Below are positions 30,376-40,376 of a stretch of 64,000 nucleotides of DNA, piece after piece. The number at the start of each line of letters is the position of its first letter. The first letter of the stretch is position 1. The notes below the pieces were generated by a model. That model saw only the letters and a program-made list of their open reading frames with translations, was not told the origin of the DNA and did not search any database. The position numbers and the translations under genes were made by a program. This DNA comes from Bacillota bacterium (lineage in GTDB: Bacteria; Bacillota_I; Bacilli_A; ML615J-28; CAG-313): contig CAVJDT010000002.1 in assembly GCA_963648435.1 (NCBI GenBank), positions 14,408 to 78,407 of the forward strand. Reading direction: 5' to 3'.

Positions 30376-30970
30376 CGTTTGCTTCCTCGGTTTCTTCTTT
30401 TTCATCATTCATGACTTCACGATGACTATTTTCAATAATAGCATAGGTTGCGACAACAACCACAAAGGTAATAAACACCCCCGCAAGCACCCCCATATGA
30501 GTTGGTTGTTTTTTTATCCATTTACCAGTTACAAATATATAAGTGAATGTTTTAATATCATCATTAATATCACTTAAAACCATTTCATAACTATAATCAA
30601 ATCTAATCTTTATATTACCTAATTGACTATTATCTACTTCTATTTCTAAAACATTTAAATACTTATCGCCTGTTGTTTTTTTAGAAGTAAAAGTGCCGGA
30701 AGTATTCTTACGTCCACTAACATAAGGAACTTGTTCTTTATTATTTTGAAGTTTTAATAAAACCTTTAAATACTTTATTTCCGCGGTAGTTTTCCAAGTA
30801 ACTACACATTTTGATTTTTCATCATTAGTAAGTACCGGAATAGTCGTGAAACTCACATCTTCAAATTCATCAACTACTTGTATATTTTGAGCATTAGTTC
30901 TTAAACCAAGGCTTAAGCAAATAAATAACACTCCCACAATAATTAAGGCAAAACGTAATTTTTTCATCAT
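30368..30970 (-). CDS. Hypothetical secreted protein with a C-terminal TM anchor and an acidic tail
   Basis: 200 aa. Signal peptide and a C-terminal hydrophobic helix followed by EEANDE. AAGGAG SD 8 nt upstream. Overlaps the pulA start by 8 nt. Confidence 0.5.
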   Translation of the reverse strand: MMKKLRFALIIVGVLFICLSLGLRTNAQNIQVVDEFEDVSFTTIPVLTNDEKSKCVVTWKTTAEIKYLKVLLKLQNNKEQVPYVSGRKNTSGTFTSKKTTGDKYLNVLEIEVDNSQLGNIKIRFDYSYEMVLSDINDDIKTFTYIFVTGKWIKKQPTHMGVLAGVFITFVVVVATYAIIENSHREVMNDEKEETEEANDE

Positions 30971-31413
30971 TCATCACGCTCCTTAAATTTACTTAATTCT
31001 TGATTTAATTTATCAGTTTCCCGTTTATTTTTGATTAAAAGAATAAAGGAAATAATTCCATATCCCACCAAGACCATAACCGCGGTAAGTAATACAAAAG
31101 GAATATCATTTTTATTAAAGATTTTAAAGATATATCCTAAAATATACAAGAAAATAATAAACGTAAAGTACACTAATGTAACTTGTGTAAGAATTGATAT
31201 TTTATTAAGTTTAAATACATAATAAAAAATTATAGATTCAATTATAGAAACTAAAATAATTAAACTCCATGGTATCAAATTATTTAACTCAACTCCACCA
31301 ATCATTGAACTAAGTCCAATAAACGCCACCGCAAGCATTGTAAAGACAGTTGTGAAATGGACAAGTAGTTTTATTAATATATTTCTAATTTTTAAGACTT
31401 TTTTATTTTTCAT
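30967..31413 (-). CDS. DUF3021-family membrane protein (LytTR partner)
   Basis: GGAGGTGA SD sits 7 nt before the ATG at 31413. About 4 TM helices. The LytTR stop overlaps this SD. Confidence 0.6.
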   Translation of the reverse strand: MKNKKVLKIRNILIKLLVHFTTVFTMLAVAFIGLSSMIGGVELNNLIPWSLIILVSIIESIIFYYVFKLNKISILTQVTLVYFTFIIFLYILGYIFKIFNKNDIPFVLLTAVMVLVGYGIISFILLIKNKRETDKLNQELSKFKERDE

Positions 31414-31427
31414 ACCCATTTCACCTC

Positions 31428-31865
31428 CTATTCTTTTAGTTTTTGCTTAAATTTTTGGGCATATACTCTTGTAATAATCATTTTTTCACCATTATTGAGA
31501 ACAGCTAAAATACGACCATTAACAAGGGTGGTAACCTTTTTAATTTGTTTGATATTTAGGACAATAGTCCTCGCAGTTTGAATGAAATAAGTTTGAGAAA
31601 GTAGTTCCGTAAGTTCTTGAAGTTTGTAATTAATTTCATAGATTTCTTTTTCACAATATGCAAAAACTCGGTTATCAACTGCTTCAAAATAAAATATTTG
31701 ATCTAACGTTAAAACATAGTTTTCGCCATTTAATTTTCCCATTATATTAAGGGTTGATGTTTCTAATAATTTAACCACCCGGTGAACTTCATCATTAATA
31801 ATAGGAGTGCTAATTAAAATCTCTATTTCTGAAAGTTCTTTATTTTCCTCTACTTTTATTTTCAA
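31428..31865 (-). CDS. LytTR-family DNA-binding protein (standalone LytTR domain)
   Basis: 145 aa. Uses a TTG start with a GAGGTGA SD 5 nt upstream. The LytTR region is visible (LDQIFYFEAVDNRVFAYCEKEIY...TARTIVLNIKQIKKV). Confidence 0.72.
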   Translation of the reverse strand: MKIKVEENKELSEIEILISTPIINDEVHRVVKLLETSTLNIMGKLNGENYVLTLDQIFYFEAVDNRVFAYCEKEIYEINYKLQELTELLSQTYFIQTARTIVLNIKQIKKVTTLVNGRILAVLNNGEKMIITRVYAQKFKQKLKE

Positions 31866-31875
31866 TCAAATCACC

Positions 31876-32787
31876 TCACTTTCCATTAAAACGGTTACGA
31901 TAAGAGCAGGATGCACAAAGTGAAAAATATGCTTTTCCTGCTTGTAATGCTTTCATTGACGATTGGTAAATCTCTCCTTCAATGATTTCTTTTAATGATT
32001 GAAATTTTAAATTACCAATTTTAGTTTTACTTTGATAATCCAAACAACATAAAACCACATCCCCATTAACGCGAACTCCAAGATGAGTTTTTCCACCTAA
32101 ACATTTTACAACATTATGGTTACAATCATCTAGTTCATTAGGCCATGTAAATTCATCTTCAGTACTTACTCTTATATTTGGATATTTATCAATTTGGACA
32201 ATTTTATTTAAATAATTCTCTATTAGTTTGTTTAATTTTTGAACATTTATGTTATTTTTGTCATTCCACAGCCTTAGATCAATCCCTATTTTTCCTTTTT
32301 CTAGTTTTTCATGAACTTGTTCAAGCATTTCTTTAAGATTAGTAAAATATTTACCTAAGTAATCACTTGAAAAGTTAATTAACGATTGTAAAGAAATATT
32401 AAGTTTACTAATATTAATATTTTGAAAGTTATATTTAGAAAGTAATGTTCCATTTGTGGTAACTCTTACTTTTAAATTATTTTTATTACAAAGTTCTACA
32501 ATTTCTTCAAAATTAGGGTGAGTAAGGGGTTCACCTAATATATGAAGGTAAAGGGTATCAGTGTAGTTTTTAAGCTCTAAAATATAATTTTTAATATCAT
32601 GAGTGCTCATAAATTCATGATTTTTTAAAGTACTAGATGGGCAAAAATAACAATTTAAATTACAATTATTAGTTATTTCTAAATAAATAAACTTAAACTT
32701 CGTCTTTGTTATCTTCGACATAGTAGTCTGTTCCTTCAATTTCATTAGGATTTTTAGGATTTTTCTTATTAATGTCTGTACATTCAA
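31876..32787 (-). CDS. Radical SAM protein with a C-terminal SPASM/twitch-like Cys cluster
   Basis: CxxxCxxC motif (CNLNCYFC) near the N-terminus and a C-terminal cysteine cluster (VVLCCLDY...CASCSY). Probable start is an internal Met (MSKITKTKF, around 32721). Its stop lies inside the SD of the LytTR gene. Confidence 0.78.
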   Translation of the reverse strand: MNVQTLIRKILKILMKLKEQTTMSKITKTKFKFIYLEITNNCNLNCYFCPSSTLKNHEFMSTHDIKNYILELKNYTDTLYLHILGEPLTHPNFEEIVELCNKNNLKVRVTTNGTLLSKYNFQNINISKLNISLQSLINFSSDYLGKYFTNLKEMLEQVHEKLEKGKIGIDLRLWNDKNNINVQKLNKLIENYLNKIVQIDKYPNIRVSTEDEFTWPNELDDCNHNVVKCLGGKTHLGVRVNGDVVLCCLDYQSKTKIGNLKFQSLKEIIEGEIYQSSMKALQAGKAYFSLCASCSYRNRFNGK

Positions 32788-33265
32788 AAATAACTAGAAT
32801 AATACCATAAATAATAATTAAGCTTGAAAACACAAGGACTATTATTCTTCCAACCCCATTAATTCCAAAAGCAATAACAAGGCCACAAATAAGATACTTG
32901 TATAAATCCTTTTTAAATTGTTTCCATTTATTAGAACTTGATAATAATTTTATAAAACATAACGTCAATAAAGTAACACCAACAACAATGCTTATTATCA
33001 TCACAATAATTTCATTAGTCCAAGGAATAATTAAAAGTATGCCTACAACAATTAATGTTATGGCTTTTCCCATTAAACTAATATGATGATTATCAGTCAA
33101 AGCCTTAGCTAATTTTAACTGAATAATTCCATAACTAATCAAAATTATGCCGATTAATACCATGAAAATATACCATAATGTATCATATGCATAGTATGTT
33201 AGTAACCACATAATTATCCCTATAATTATCGCAAAGGTTCCTGGTACTTTGATTTTTAATTTCAT
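32693..33265 (-). CDS. DUF308/HdeD-like membrane protein
   Basis: Repeated 2-TM units. AAGGTGA SD sits 6 nt before the ATG at 33265 (MKLKIKVPG). Confidence 0.55.
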   Translation of the reverse strand: MKLKIKVPGTFAIIIGIIMWLLTYYAYDTLWYIFMVLIGIILISYGIIQLKLAKALTDNHHISLMGKAITLIVVGILLIIPWTNEIIVMIISIVVGVTLLTLCFIKLLSSSNKWKQFKKDLYKYLICGLVIAFGINGVGRIIVLVFSSLIIIYGIILVIFECTDINKKNPKNPNEIEGTDYYVEDNKDEV

Positions 33266-33373
33266 TATTATCACCTTCTTATTGTGAATATTATACCACA
33301 TTTTACATTTTTTTTAAATTAAAATACAAGTATAGAAAATGTTTAAAAACGCTGTTAAATATAACAACGCTTT

Positions 33374-33799
33374 TTAGTGATTTTTTGTATAAAAAATTAA
33401 ATCTATTTCTTTTTTCTTTAACGCAATATGAAATGCTTTACATACATTGTGACGATAATGATCAATTGACGTTACCACAATAATTACATCTGGTGAAAAT
33501 TCTAAAGCTTTTGGAACTGAAAACAAGGCATTTTCTAGGGTAGTTTTAGATTTATCCTCTAAAATGATTTGATCACTGGGAATTTTCTTAGAGATTAAAT
33601 AATTTTGCATTGTTGATGCTTCACTTATTTTAGCTTTTTTATTAGCGATACCACCTGATACAATAATCTTCGTTGGTGAAAATATTTCATAAGCTTTTAT
33701 GGCTAAATCTAAACGTTCTTGCATTTTAGAAGTAATAGAAGCATCATTATTCAATCTATTACCTAAAACAATCATTACTTTAGTCATCCATAGCCTCAA
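33374..33799 (-). CDS. YdcF/ElyC/SanA-family (DUF218) protein
   Basis: 141 aa with a DUF218-like core (VLGNRLNND...IIVSGG). Confidence 0.68.
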   Translation of the reverse strand: MRLWMTKVMIVLGNRLNNDASITSKMQERLDLAIKAYEIFSPTKIIVSGGIANKKAKISEASTMQNYLISKKIPSDQIILEDKSKTTLENALFSVPKALEFSPDVIIVVTSIDHYRHNVCKAFHIALKKKEIDLIFYTKNH

Positions 33800-35318
33800 A
33801 TGCTTCTAACTTATTTGTTGGAATAGGTTTACTATCACCATGTTTAACAAATAACATTGTCACAAAAGCAAATGCACTAAGAATTGCACAATATGGGAAT
33901 AATGCAGCACGCATTCCAAAAATATCCATAAATACTCCTGAAAGAAGGGGAGTTACAATTTGAGCGGCCATACTAGCAGTATAGTAAATACCTGTGTATT
34001 TACCTACATTTGCACCTTTTGACATTTCAACAACCATTGGATAAGAGTTAACATTAATAGTTGCCCATCCAATTCCCGCAAGAGCCATAGAAATCCAAAT
34101 AATCCATGCATGTTTATCATTAACAAAGATTGCACTAAGGAACGCCGCAAATAATATAACAACACCCGCAAGTACTGTTTTTTTACGTCCAATCTTGCTT
34201 GAAATGATCCCAATAGGAATATAACTAATGATAGCCGCAGCTTGAGCAACTAAAAGTGGAATCGTAAAACCTGTATTTAAAACATTAGATGCATAAACTG
34301 AGAATTTTGATGTTGCGGCATTATATGCCATATACCATAAAACAATTGAAAGTAAAATTAAAATAAATGATTTTTTAACATCTTTTGGCATTTTTTCATC
34401 TGCTATTTCATCAGTTTCACTGAAAGTTTCAATACCATACTCTTCTTCTTGTTCTTTCATCGTGGCAACTAACTTTTTCTCATTTACTTTCCACATAAAT
34501 AAGCCAAGGAAAACAATCATTAGCACCGCAAGTACCACAAAAGTTAAAGTATAACTTTGATAGTCTTTCGCAAGGAAAGTCATAAACCCTAAAGCTAAAA
34601 TTCCGCCAGCACTTCCCATTAAATTAATAATGGCATTAGCTTTACTTCTTAAAGGCTTTGGCGTAACATCAGGCATTAAAGATACAGCTGGTGTTCTAAA
34701 CACACTCATCGCAACTAAGGCTAAACATAAAACTGCTAAAAAGCCTATTAAAAAGCCTAAATTGCTTTTTCTTACTTCAACGACATATGGAGTTCTAGCA
34801 TCTACGGCTAGTTCTTTAGTATCATATAATATTTCTTTAAAACGATATAATTTATCGCCTTCTTTAAATTCATTCAATTCTTTAGTTACTTCCTCACAAC
34901 TATCTTTTTTACCTTCAACTGCCGCATAATAAGTAACACTTGGTAATTCCTTAAATTCTTCAACTACTTCTACTGTTTCAACCGCTGGTATATCAGCTTC
35001 TTTTAGTTTAGTTTTTTGCATATTATCAAATAATGAAACACAAACAATTAATATCGCCGCAAGTATGGTACCAATAAAAATATAGGGAGTACGTCTACCA
35101 TATTTAGTTTTTGTTTTATCTGATAAAGCTCCAAAGATTGGTAATAATACAATCGCAAAAATATTATCTAATGCCATAACAAAGCCAGACCAAGTTTGGT
35201 TAAGTCCAAAACTATCAATTAGCATTTTCGCAATAATGTTATCATATACTTGCCAGAACATACAAATTAATAAAAATGCAAAGCCAACAAATATCGTATT
35301 TTTGGTATTTAATTTCAT
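33780..35318 (-). CDS. MFS transporter, GPH (glycoside-pentoside-hexuronide:cation symporter)-like, with a long inserted cytoplasmic loop
   Basis: 512 aa, 12 TM helices. Motif SDKTKTKYGRR matches the GPH/MFS_2 loop 2-3 signature. There is an acidic insertion of about 100 aa. Confidence 0.72.
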   Translation of the reverse strand: MKLNTKNTIFVGFAFLLICMFWQVYDNIIAKMLIDSFGLNQTWSGFVMALDNIFAIVLLPIFGALSDKTKTKYGRRTPYIFIGTILAAILIVCVSLFDNMQKTKLKEADIPAVETVEVVEEFKELPSVTYYAAVEGKKDSCEEVTKELNEFKEGDKLYRFKEILYDTKELAVDARTPYVVEVRKSNLGFLIGFLAVLCLALVAMSVFRTPAVSLMPDVTPKPLRSKANAIINLMGSAGGILALGFMTFLAKDYQSYTLTFVVLAVLMIVFLGLFMWKVNEKKLVATMKEQEEEYGIETFSETDEIADEKMPKDVKKSFILILLSIVLWYMAYNAATSKFSVYASNVLNTGFTIPLLVAQAAAIISYIPIGIISSKIGRKKTVLAGVVILFAAFLSAIFVNDKHAWIIWISMALAGIGWATINVNSYPMVVEMSKGANVGKYTGIYYTASMAAQIVTPLLSGVFMDIFGMRAALFPYCAILSAFAFVTMLFVKHGDSKPIPTNKLEAFEAMDD

Positions 35319-35404
35319 AATTATACTTCTCCTTAATTAATATATCTTATATTATACCAAAATAAATTTATTTTGGCTTTTTATTTGCTAATTTTAGATT
35401 TTTT

Positions 35405-35412
35405 TGTATAAT
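35405..35412 (+). promoter_or_regulatory. Extended -10 promoter element (TGtATAAT) upstream of the glycerophosphodiester phosphodiesterase gene
   Basis: TATAAT at 35407-35412 with TG at -14/-15. The -35 (TTTGCT) is weak. Confidence 0.3.
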
Positions 35413-35434
35413 ATTATTATGGTAGGTGATTCAT

Positions 35435-36172
35435 ATGACAAATAACAAAGAAAGAAAACCCATGATTATTGCCCATCGTGGGGCCTCAAAACTTGCTCAT
35501 GAAAATACTTTAGAAGCCTTAAAACTTGCTTATCAACTTAAAGCTGATGGAATTGAATTTGACTTAAGAAAAACCAAAGATGGAGTAATTTTATTAAGTC
35601 ATGATCCAAATGTTGATGAATTTAAAATTTGTGATTATACCTATGATGAATTAAAAGAAATTACCATAAAAAAAGGCTATATCATGCCTAAATTTAGTGA
35701 CGTTATCCATGAACTAGCTGGAAAACTTTTTATGGATATTGAAATTAAAGAACCAGGACTTGAAAAAGAAGTAATTGAACTAATGCTTGCACACACGGCA
35801 TATGAAAACTTTATGCTTAGATCATTTCAAAAAGAAATTATCATAAAAGTAAAGGAGATTGATCCAAAAATTAAAACAGCTTTAATTCTTGGAGAAAGGC
35901 ATTTAAAATATGGAATTTTTTCTAGAATTTTTGATGTTTTTCCAAAAAAACATATTAAAAAAACTAATTGCAATGTCATTTCTCCTTATTATAAGTTACT
36001 CCTTTTTTCTTATATTAAACGAATGCATAAACTTGGAATTCCTGTTAGTGTGTGGACCGTTACTAATATGAAACAAATAAACAAACTTATCAATAAGGGG
36101 GTTGATTACCTTATCATTGATTTTCCAATTGATGGAGCACTAAAACTTTTAGATAAAAAAACAGCTGACTAA
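35435..36172 (+). CDS. Glycerophosphodiester phosphodiesterase
   Basis: GDPD motifs are present: HRGASKLAHENTLEA and E(F)DLRKTKDGVILLSHD. True ATG at 35435, 5 nt after a GGTGA SD. Confidence 0.85.
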   Translation: MTNNKERKPMIIAHRGASKLAHENTLEALKLAYQLKADGIEFDLRKTKDGVILLSHDPNVDEFKICDYTYDELKEITIKKGYIMPKFSDVIHELAGKLFMDIEIKEPGLEKEVIELMLAHTAYENFMLRSFQKEIIIKVKEIDPKIKTALILGERHLKYGIFSRIFDVFPKKHIKKTNCNVISPYYKLLLFSYIKRMHKLGIPVSVWTVTNMKQINKLINKGVDYLIIDFPIDGALKLLDKKTAD

Positions 36173-36185
36173 TACCAACTGTTTT

Positions 36186-36440
36186 TTACTTAAGGTCTTT
36201 AAAATCAAATAACTCTCTAGGATCAATTCCTAAAGCAATACATATCTTTTCAATATTTTTAAGAGTTATATTTTTCTCAGCACGTTCGATTTGACCAAGA
36301 TATGTACGATGTACACCAATTGTCCAAGCAAATTCTTCTTGGGACATACGCTTTTCATTTCTTATTTGTTTTAATTTTAGACCAAATAAAACATTTAAAG
36401 AACGGTCATCATCGTTGTATAGTTTATTTTGTTCTGCCAT
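36186..36440 (-). CDS. XRE-family helix-turn-helix transcriptional regulator
   Basis: 84 aa. HTH is visible (LKQIRNEKRMSQEEFAWTIGVHRTYLGQIERAEKNITL). Confidence 0.8.
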   Translation of the reverse strand: MAEQNKLYNDDDRSLNVLFGLKLKQIRNEKRMSQEEFAWTIGVHRTYLGQIERAEKNITLKNIEKICIALGIDPRELFDFKDLK

Positions 36441-36540
36441 AGTATGCTCCTTTCTGAAGAATTACTCCTTTAGTTTATATCATAATGTTATTTAAATCAA
36501 CAGCCTACAAGTAGCAATGTTAAAATATGACAAATATTAA

Positions 36541-36592
36541 AGGAGAAAAAGAAAAAACTACCTTTTGAACTAACTGTTCATTAGGTAGTTTT
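36541..36592 (-). terminator. Terminator after the SDR gene
   Basis: 10-bp stem aaaactacct / aggtagtttt, with a U-run on the minus strand. Confidence 0.6.
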
Positions 36593-37376
36593 ATTTTGTC
36601 CTATTATTTTGTATTTTATACATTATGTTTCTAACGGTTTTTCGGCTTAAATGTTTGGTAAAAAAGATACTAACTTTATTTTTAAAACAAGGAATCCCCA
36701 CCACTTTTTTCTTTTGTAGCATATTATATGCAAATTCACTAACAATTTTAGGAGAGACTGGTTTAATTCTTTTTAAAAGATCAATTTGACTAGCGCTAGC
36801 ATTATTAAAAAAATTAGTGTCAGTAGGCCCCGGACAGATGGTACAAACATCAATATTATAAGGTTTAAGTTCCATACTTAAAGCCTCAGAAAAAGATAGT
36901 ACATAGGCTTTAGTAGCATAGTATACCGCAAACATTGGCCCAGGTACAAAACTTCCAACTGAAGCAATGTTTAAAATACTACCAGCTTTTCTACTTTTCA
37001 TTTTATTACCAAAATAATAAGTAAGTTTAGTTAATGCTTTTATGTTTAGGTCAATCATGGACATAGCCTTTTCGATTTTTTCTTCAAGAAACTCTCCATA
37101 GTAACCAACCCCCGCATTATTACACAAAATATTAACATTTTTCTTTGTTTCTTCAATTTGCTTAAAAAGGTTATTTAATGATGCTTCATCTGTCAAGTCA
37201 CAAGGAAAAATAATAACATCTACAGTTGTTTTTTTATTAATTTCTTCTTTAAGTTTTTGTAATTTAATTCCATTTCTCGCAACAAGAATTAAATTATGGC
37301 CTTCTTCGGCGAACTTAAGGGCAAGTTCATAACCAATTCCTGAACTTGAACCAGTAATTAACGTATAATCATTCAT
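36591..37376 (-). CDS. SDR-family short-chain dehydrogenase/reductase
   Basis: Cofactor motif TGSSSGIG and a catalytic YxxxK. ATG at 37376 with a GAGGA SD 8 nt upstream. Confidence 0.85.
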   Translation of the reverse strand: MNDYTLITGSSSGIGYELALKFAEEGHNLILVARNGIKLQKLKEEINKKTTVDVIIFPCDLTDEASLNNLFKQIEETKKNVNILCNNAGVGYYGEFLEEKIEKAMSMIDLNIKALTKLTYYFGNKMKSRKAGSILNIASVGSFVPGPMFAVYYATKAYVLSFSEALSMELKPYNIDVCTICPGPTDTNFFNNASASQIDLLKRIKPVSPKIVSEFAYNMLQKKKVVGIPCFKNKVSIFFTKHLSRKTVRNIMYKIQNNRTK

Positions 37377-37962
37377 TCTTATTTTCCTCACTTGTATCAA
37401 AAATTATATTACATCTACTTGCTATATCAAATTTTTCGAAATAATCATTTTCTAATTTTATCCAGTGATCTTTAAATACTTTTGCTAATTCCTCGCCATT
37501 TCGTAATTTAATTCTTAAAATTTGTTGATCGCTAGATACCATCATAAAGATAGCATAGTCATAATATTCCCCAAACTTTGGATGTAGGGCATATGCTCCT
37601 TCAATTATTGTAATCGCTGATTGTGGTAACACTTTTTCTTGATCAAAGGTATGATGATGACAATTATAAGGCTTGTAGGTAATATCCTTACCAAGATTCA
37701 TAATAATTTCTTCTTTAAAGCGGTCATAATCGATGTTACCCCCAATTTCTAAAAGTCTTTTTGGAGTTTTAATTTGATCAGTTAAAAAGAAATCATCCAT
37801 ATGAATTACTCTTGCCCCAAATATTTTTTGAAGCATTAGGGCTAGTGTAGTTTTACCACTTGCACACATGCCATCAATTGCGATAACAATATTTTGTTTA
37901 TACATACCTTGTTTAGATATTGTATTTAAAATTTGATTAAATTCATTTTTAGTTTGAAGCAT
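37369..37962 (-). CDS. P-loop nucleoside/nucleotide kinase-like protein (uridine kinase family)
   Basis: Walker A in IAIDGMCASGKTT, uridine-kinase-like. Confidence 0.6.
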   Translation of the reverse strand: MLQTKNEFNQILNTISKQGMYKQNIVIAIDGMCASGKTTLALMLQKIFGARVIHMDDFFLTDQIKTPKRLLEIGGNIDYDRFKEEIIMNLGKDITYKPYNCHHHTFDQEKVLPQSAITIIEGAYALHPKFGEYYDYAIFMMVSSDQQILRIKLRNGEELAKVFKDHWIKLENDYFEKFDIASRCNIIFDTSEENKNE

Positions 37963-37963
37963 A

Positions 37964-38839
37964 CTATTTAGTTAACGTAACATCAATTAATTCGTAATCT
38001 TTAGTACCTGCTTGATTTTTTTCGGCACAATCAATTGTGTAAGTACCATTTCTAGATTCAATTCTTTCAATTAAATGATTTTTGCCAGGATCATCTGACT
38101 TATAAACTAAATCAATGCAAGCTTGGTCAATGGCTACGGGGTCAAGTGATACTAAAATACCAATATCTTTCATGCATGGGTCTTCAGCAATACTACAACA
38201 ATCACAATCTACCGACATATTTTTCATAACATTTACATAGACAATTTTACCATTAAAAAAATCAATTACCGATTTAGCCGCATCACTCATTGATTCTAAA
38301 AATTTATTATGATCGGCTGTCCATAAATTCTTGGGGATACCACATCCATGAATGTAGGCTTTACCATAACTTGATGCAACCCCAATTGATAGTTGTTTTA
38401 AAGCACCACCATATCCACCCATGGGGTGACCTTTAAAGTGTGAGAGTACAATCATGGAATCGTAATTTTTTAAGTGTTTTCCAACATAATTCTTTTTTAT
38501 TGCTTTCCCATTTGGAATATCTAATTCTAAATCAGGGTCTTCTTCATCTAACAAATCAACTTTAAAATATTTTATCCATTCATGGGCTTTTAGGGTTTGA
38601 AGGTGTTTTTCACTAGTATTACGACCACCATCATATGCGGTGTTACACTCAACAACTGTACCATTTACTTTTTCAACCATTGGTTTCCAAAATGTTGGTT
38701 TTAAGAAGTTTTGATTACCTACTTCCCCAGAATGTACCTTTACCGCAATCTTACCATAAAGCGGGGAATCAATCATTTCAAATAATCTAACTACTTCTTC
38801 GGGACTTATTGTTTTTGAAAAATATACTTTTGCTTTCAT
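37964..38839 (-). CDS. DUF362-like protein with a Cys-rich cluster
   Basis: 291 aa. CDCCS and CMKD cysteine clusters. Stop is 1 nt before the kinase start. Confidence 0.5.
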   Translation of the reverse strand: MKAKVYFSKTISPEEVVRLFEMIDSPLYGKIAVKVHSGEVGNQNFLKPTFWKPMVEKVNGTVVECNTAYDGGRNTSEKHLQTLKAHEWIKYFKVDLLDEEDPDLELDIPNGKAIKKNYVGKHLKNYDSMIVLSHFKGHPMGGYGGALKQLSIGVASSYGKAYIHGCGIPKNLWTADHNKFLESMSDAAKSVIDFFNGKIVYVNVMKNMSVDCDCCSIAEDPCMKDIGILVSLDPVAIDQACIDLVYKSDDPGKNHLIERIESRNGTYTIDCAEKNQAGTKDYELIDVTLTK

Positions 38840-38937
38840 TTTATCACCTCAATATTAATTATACTTTAATTTTAGTTTTTTTTCAACTATCAAGTATATT
38901 TTTTATTATTTTTCAAATAATATAACTAGGTGATTTT

Positions 38938-40374
38938 ATGAAAAAAATGATTATAATAGGAGCAGGAATAACCGGACTAACGGCTGGCATTTATGCTTTA
39001 GAAAAAGGATATGACACAAGTATTTACGAAAAAAACAACTGGGCCGGAGGGTGCTGTACTGGATGGATAAGAGATGGTTATTACATTGATAACTGTATGC
39101 ACTGGCTTACAGGCACTAATCAACATACCAAAGATTTTAAATTATGGAAAAAGATTGGGGCAATGGATGAAACTAGTAATCTATATCAAGGTGAATACTT
39201 TTATAAATCAATTTATGGTAATGATTCCATAACGCTATATGCTGACCTTGAAAAAACAAGGACTGAAATGTTGAAAATTTCTTATGAAGACCGTAAAGAA
39301 ATTAATAAATTTATTAATATTACTAAACGAATTTCTAATAGCATGAAAAATGGTAATTTCTTAAGCACTTTCTTTAATAAAGTATCTGGCTATACTTCAT
39401 GTTATTTAAACTACCATAAAATGACACTCGGCGAATATGCTCGAAAATACAAACATCCACTACTTAAAAGAGTTTTTACCGACTATATTCCCAAAGAATA
39501 TTCGCCCCTTTTCCTTTTTTGTTCCTATGCGACTTTCGCAAGTGGTAATGGTAAAGTCTACCAAAAAGGTTCAGCCGAATTTTCTAAAAATATTTTGAAA
39601 AAATACCAAGAACTTGGTGGTAAAATATTCTACAACAGCAAAGTAACAAAAATTACCTTTAATAACGACAAATTCACAGATATGGAAATAAATAATAATG
39701 AAACCGTTAATGGTGATTATTTAATTTATACAGGTGATCCCTATTATCTTTATAATAACCTAATTGATAAAAAATATATTAATCAAAAATTAATCTTTAA
39801 ATTTGAAAACAAATATAAGTATCCAGCAGTTTCAAGTTTTCATGTAGCATACTTAGTTAATAAGAAGGATAGTCCCATTATTGATACGGTGGTAAATGAA
39901 ACTATATCACTTACAATTGGAAAAAGACAAATTAATCGTCTTATTTTAAGAGATTATTCATATCTTTACCCTAATGATGAAAAAACCGTTATTCAGGTGT
40001 ATATCACACAAACACCATGTGATTATGATTATTGGAAAGAATTAAATGACCAAAATCATGAAGAATACAACAAAGCCAAACATGATTTGGGAATAAAACT
40101 TCAAGAGATAATTGTTAATTTATATCCTACCTTAAAAGATAATATTAAATTATTAGATGTTTGGACACCACTTACTTATAATAAATACTACTATTCTTAT
40201 TATGGCTCATATATGGGATTTATCGTTAATAAGCATACTTCTCTTGCAAGTATTTCTCCAAAATTAAATAAAATTCCTAATATGTTAATTGCTACATACT
40301 GGCAAAAAATAACTGGCGGACTTCCGGTTGCTCTTAGAAGTGGTAAAGAAATAAAACATATACTAAAAAGTTAG
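38938..40374 (+). CDS. FAD/NAD(P)-binding oxidoreductase (phytoene desaturase / amine oxidase superfamily)
   Basis: N-terminal Rossmann dinucleotide motif IIGAGITGLTAG. Confidence 0.72.
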   Translation: MKKMIIIGAGITGLTAGIYALEKGYDTSIYEKNNWAGGCCTGWIRDGYYIDNCMHWLTGTNQHTKDFKLWKKIGAMDETSNLYQGEYFYKSIYGNDSITLYADLEKTRTEMLKISYEDRKEINKFINITKRISNSMKNGNFLSTFFNKVSGYTSCYLNYHKMTLGEYARKYKHPLLKRVFTDYIPKEYSPLFLFCSYATFASGNGKVYQKGSAEFSKNILKKYQELGGKIFYNSKVTKITFNNDKFTDMEINNNETVNGDYLIYTGDPYYLYNNLIDKKYINQKLIFKFENKYKYPAVSSFHVAYLVNKKDSPIIDTVVNETISLTIGKRQINRLILRDYSYLYPNDEKTVIQVYITQTPCDYDYWKELNDQNHEEYNKAKHDLGIKLQEIIVNLYPTLKDNIKLLDVWTPLTYNKYYYSYYGSYMGFIVNKHTSLASISPKLNKIPNMLIATYWQKITGGLPVALRSGKEIKHILKS

Positions 40375-40376
40375 GG

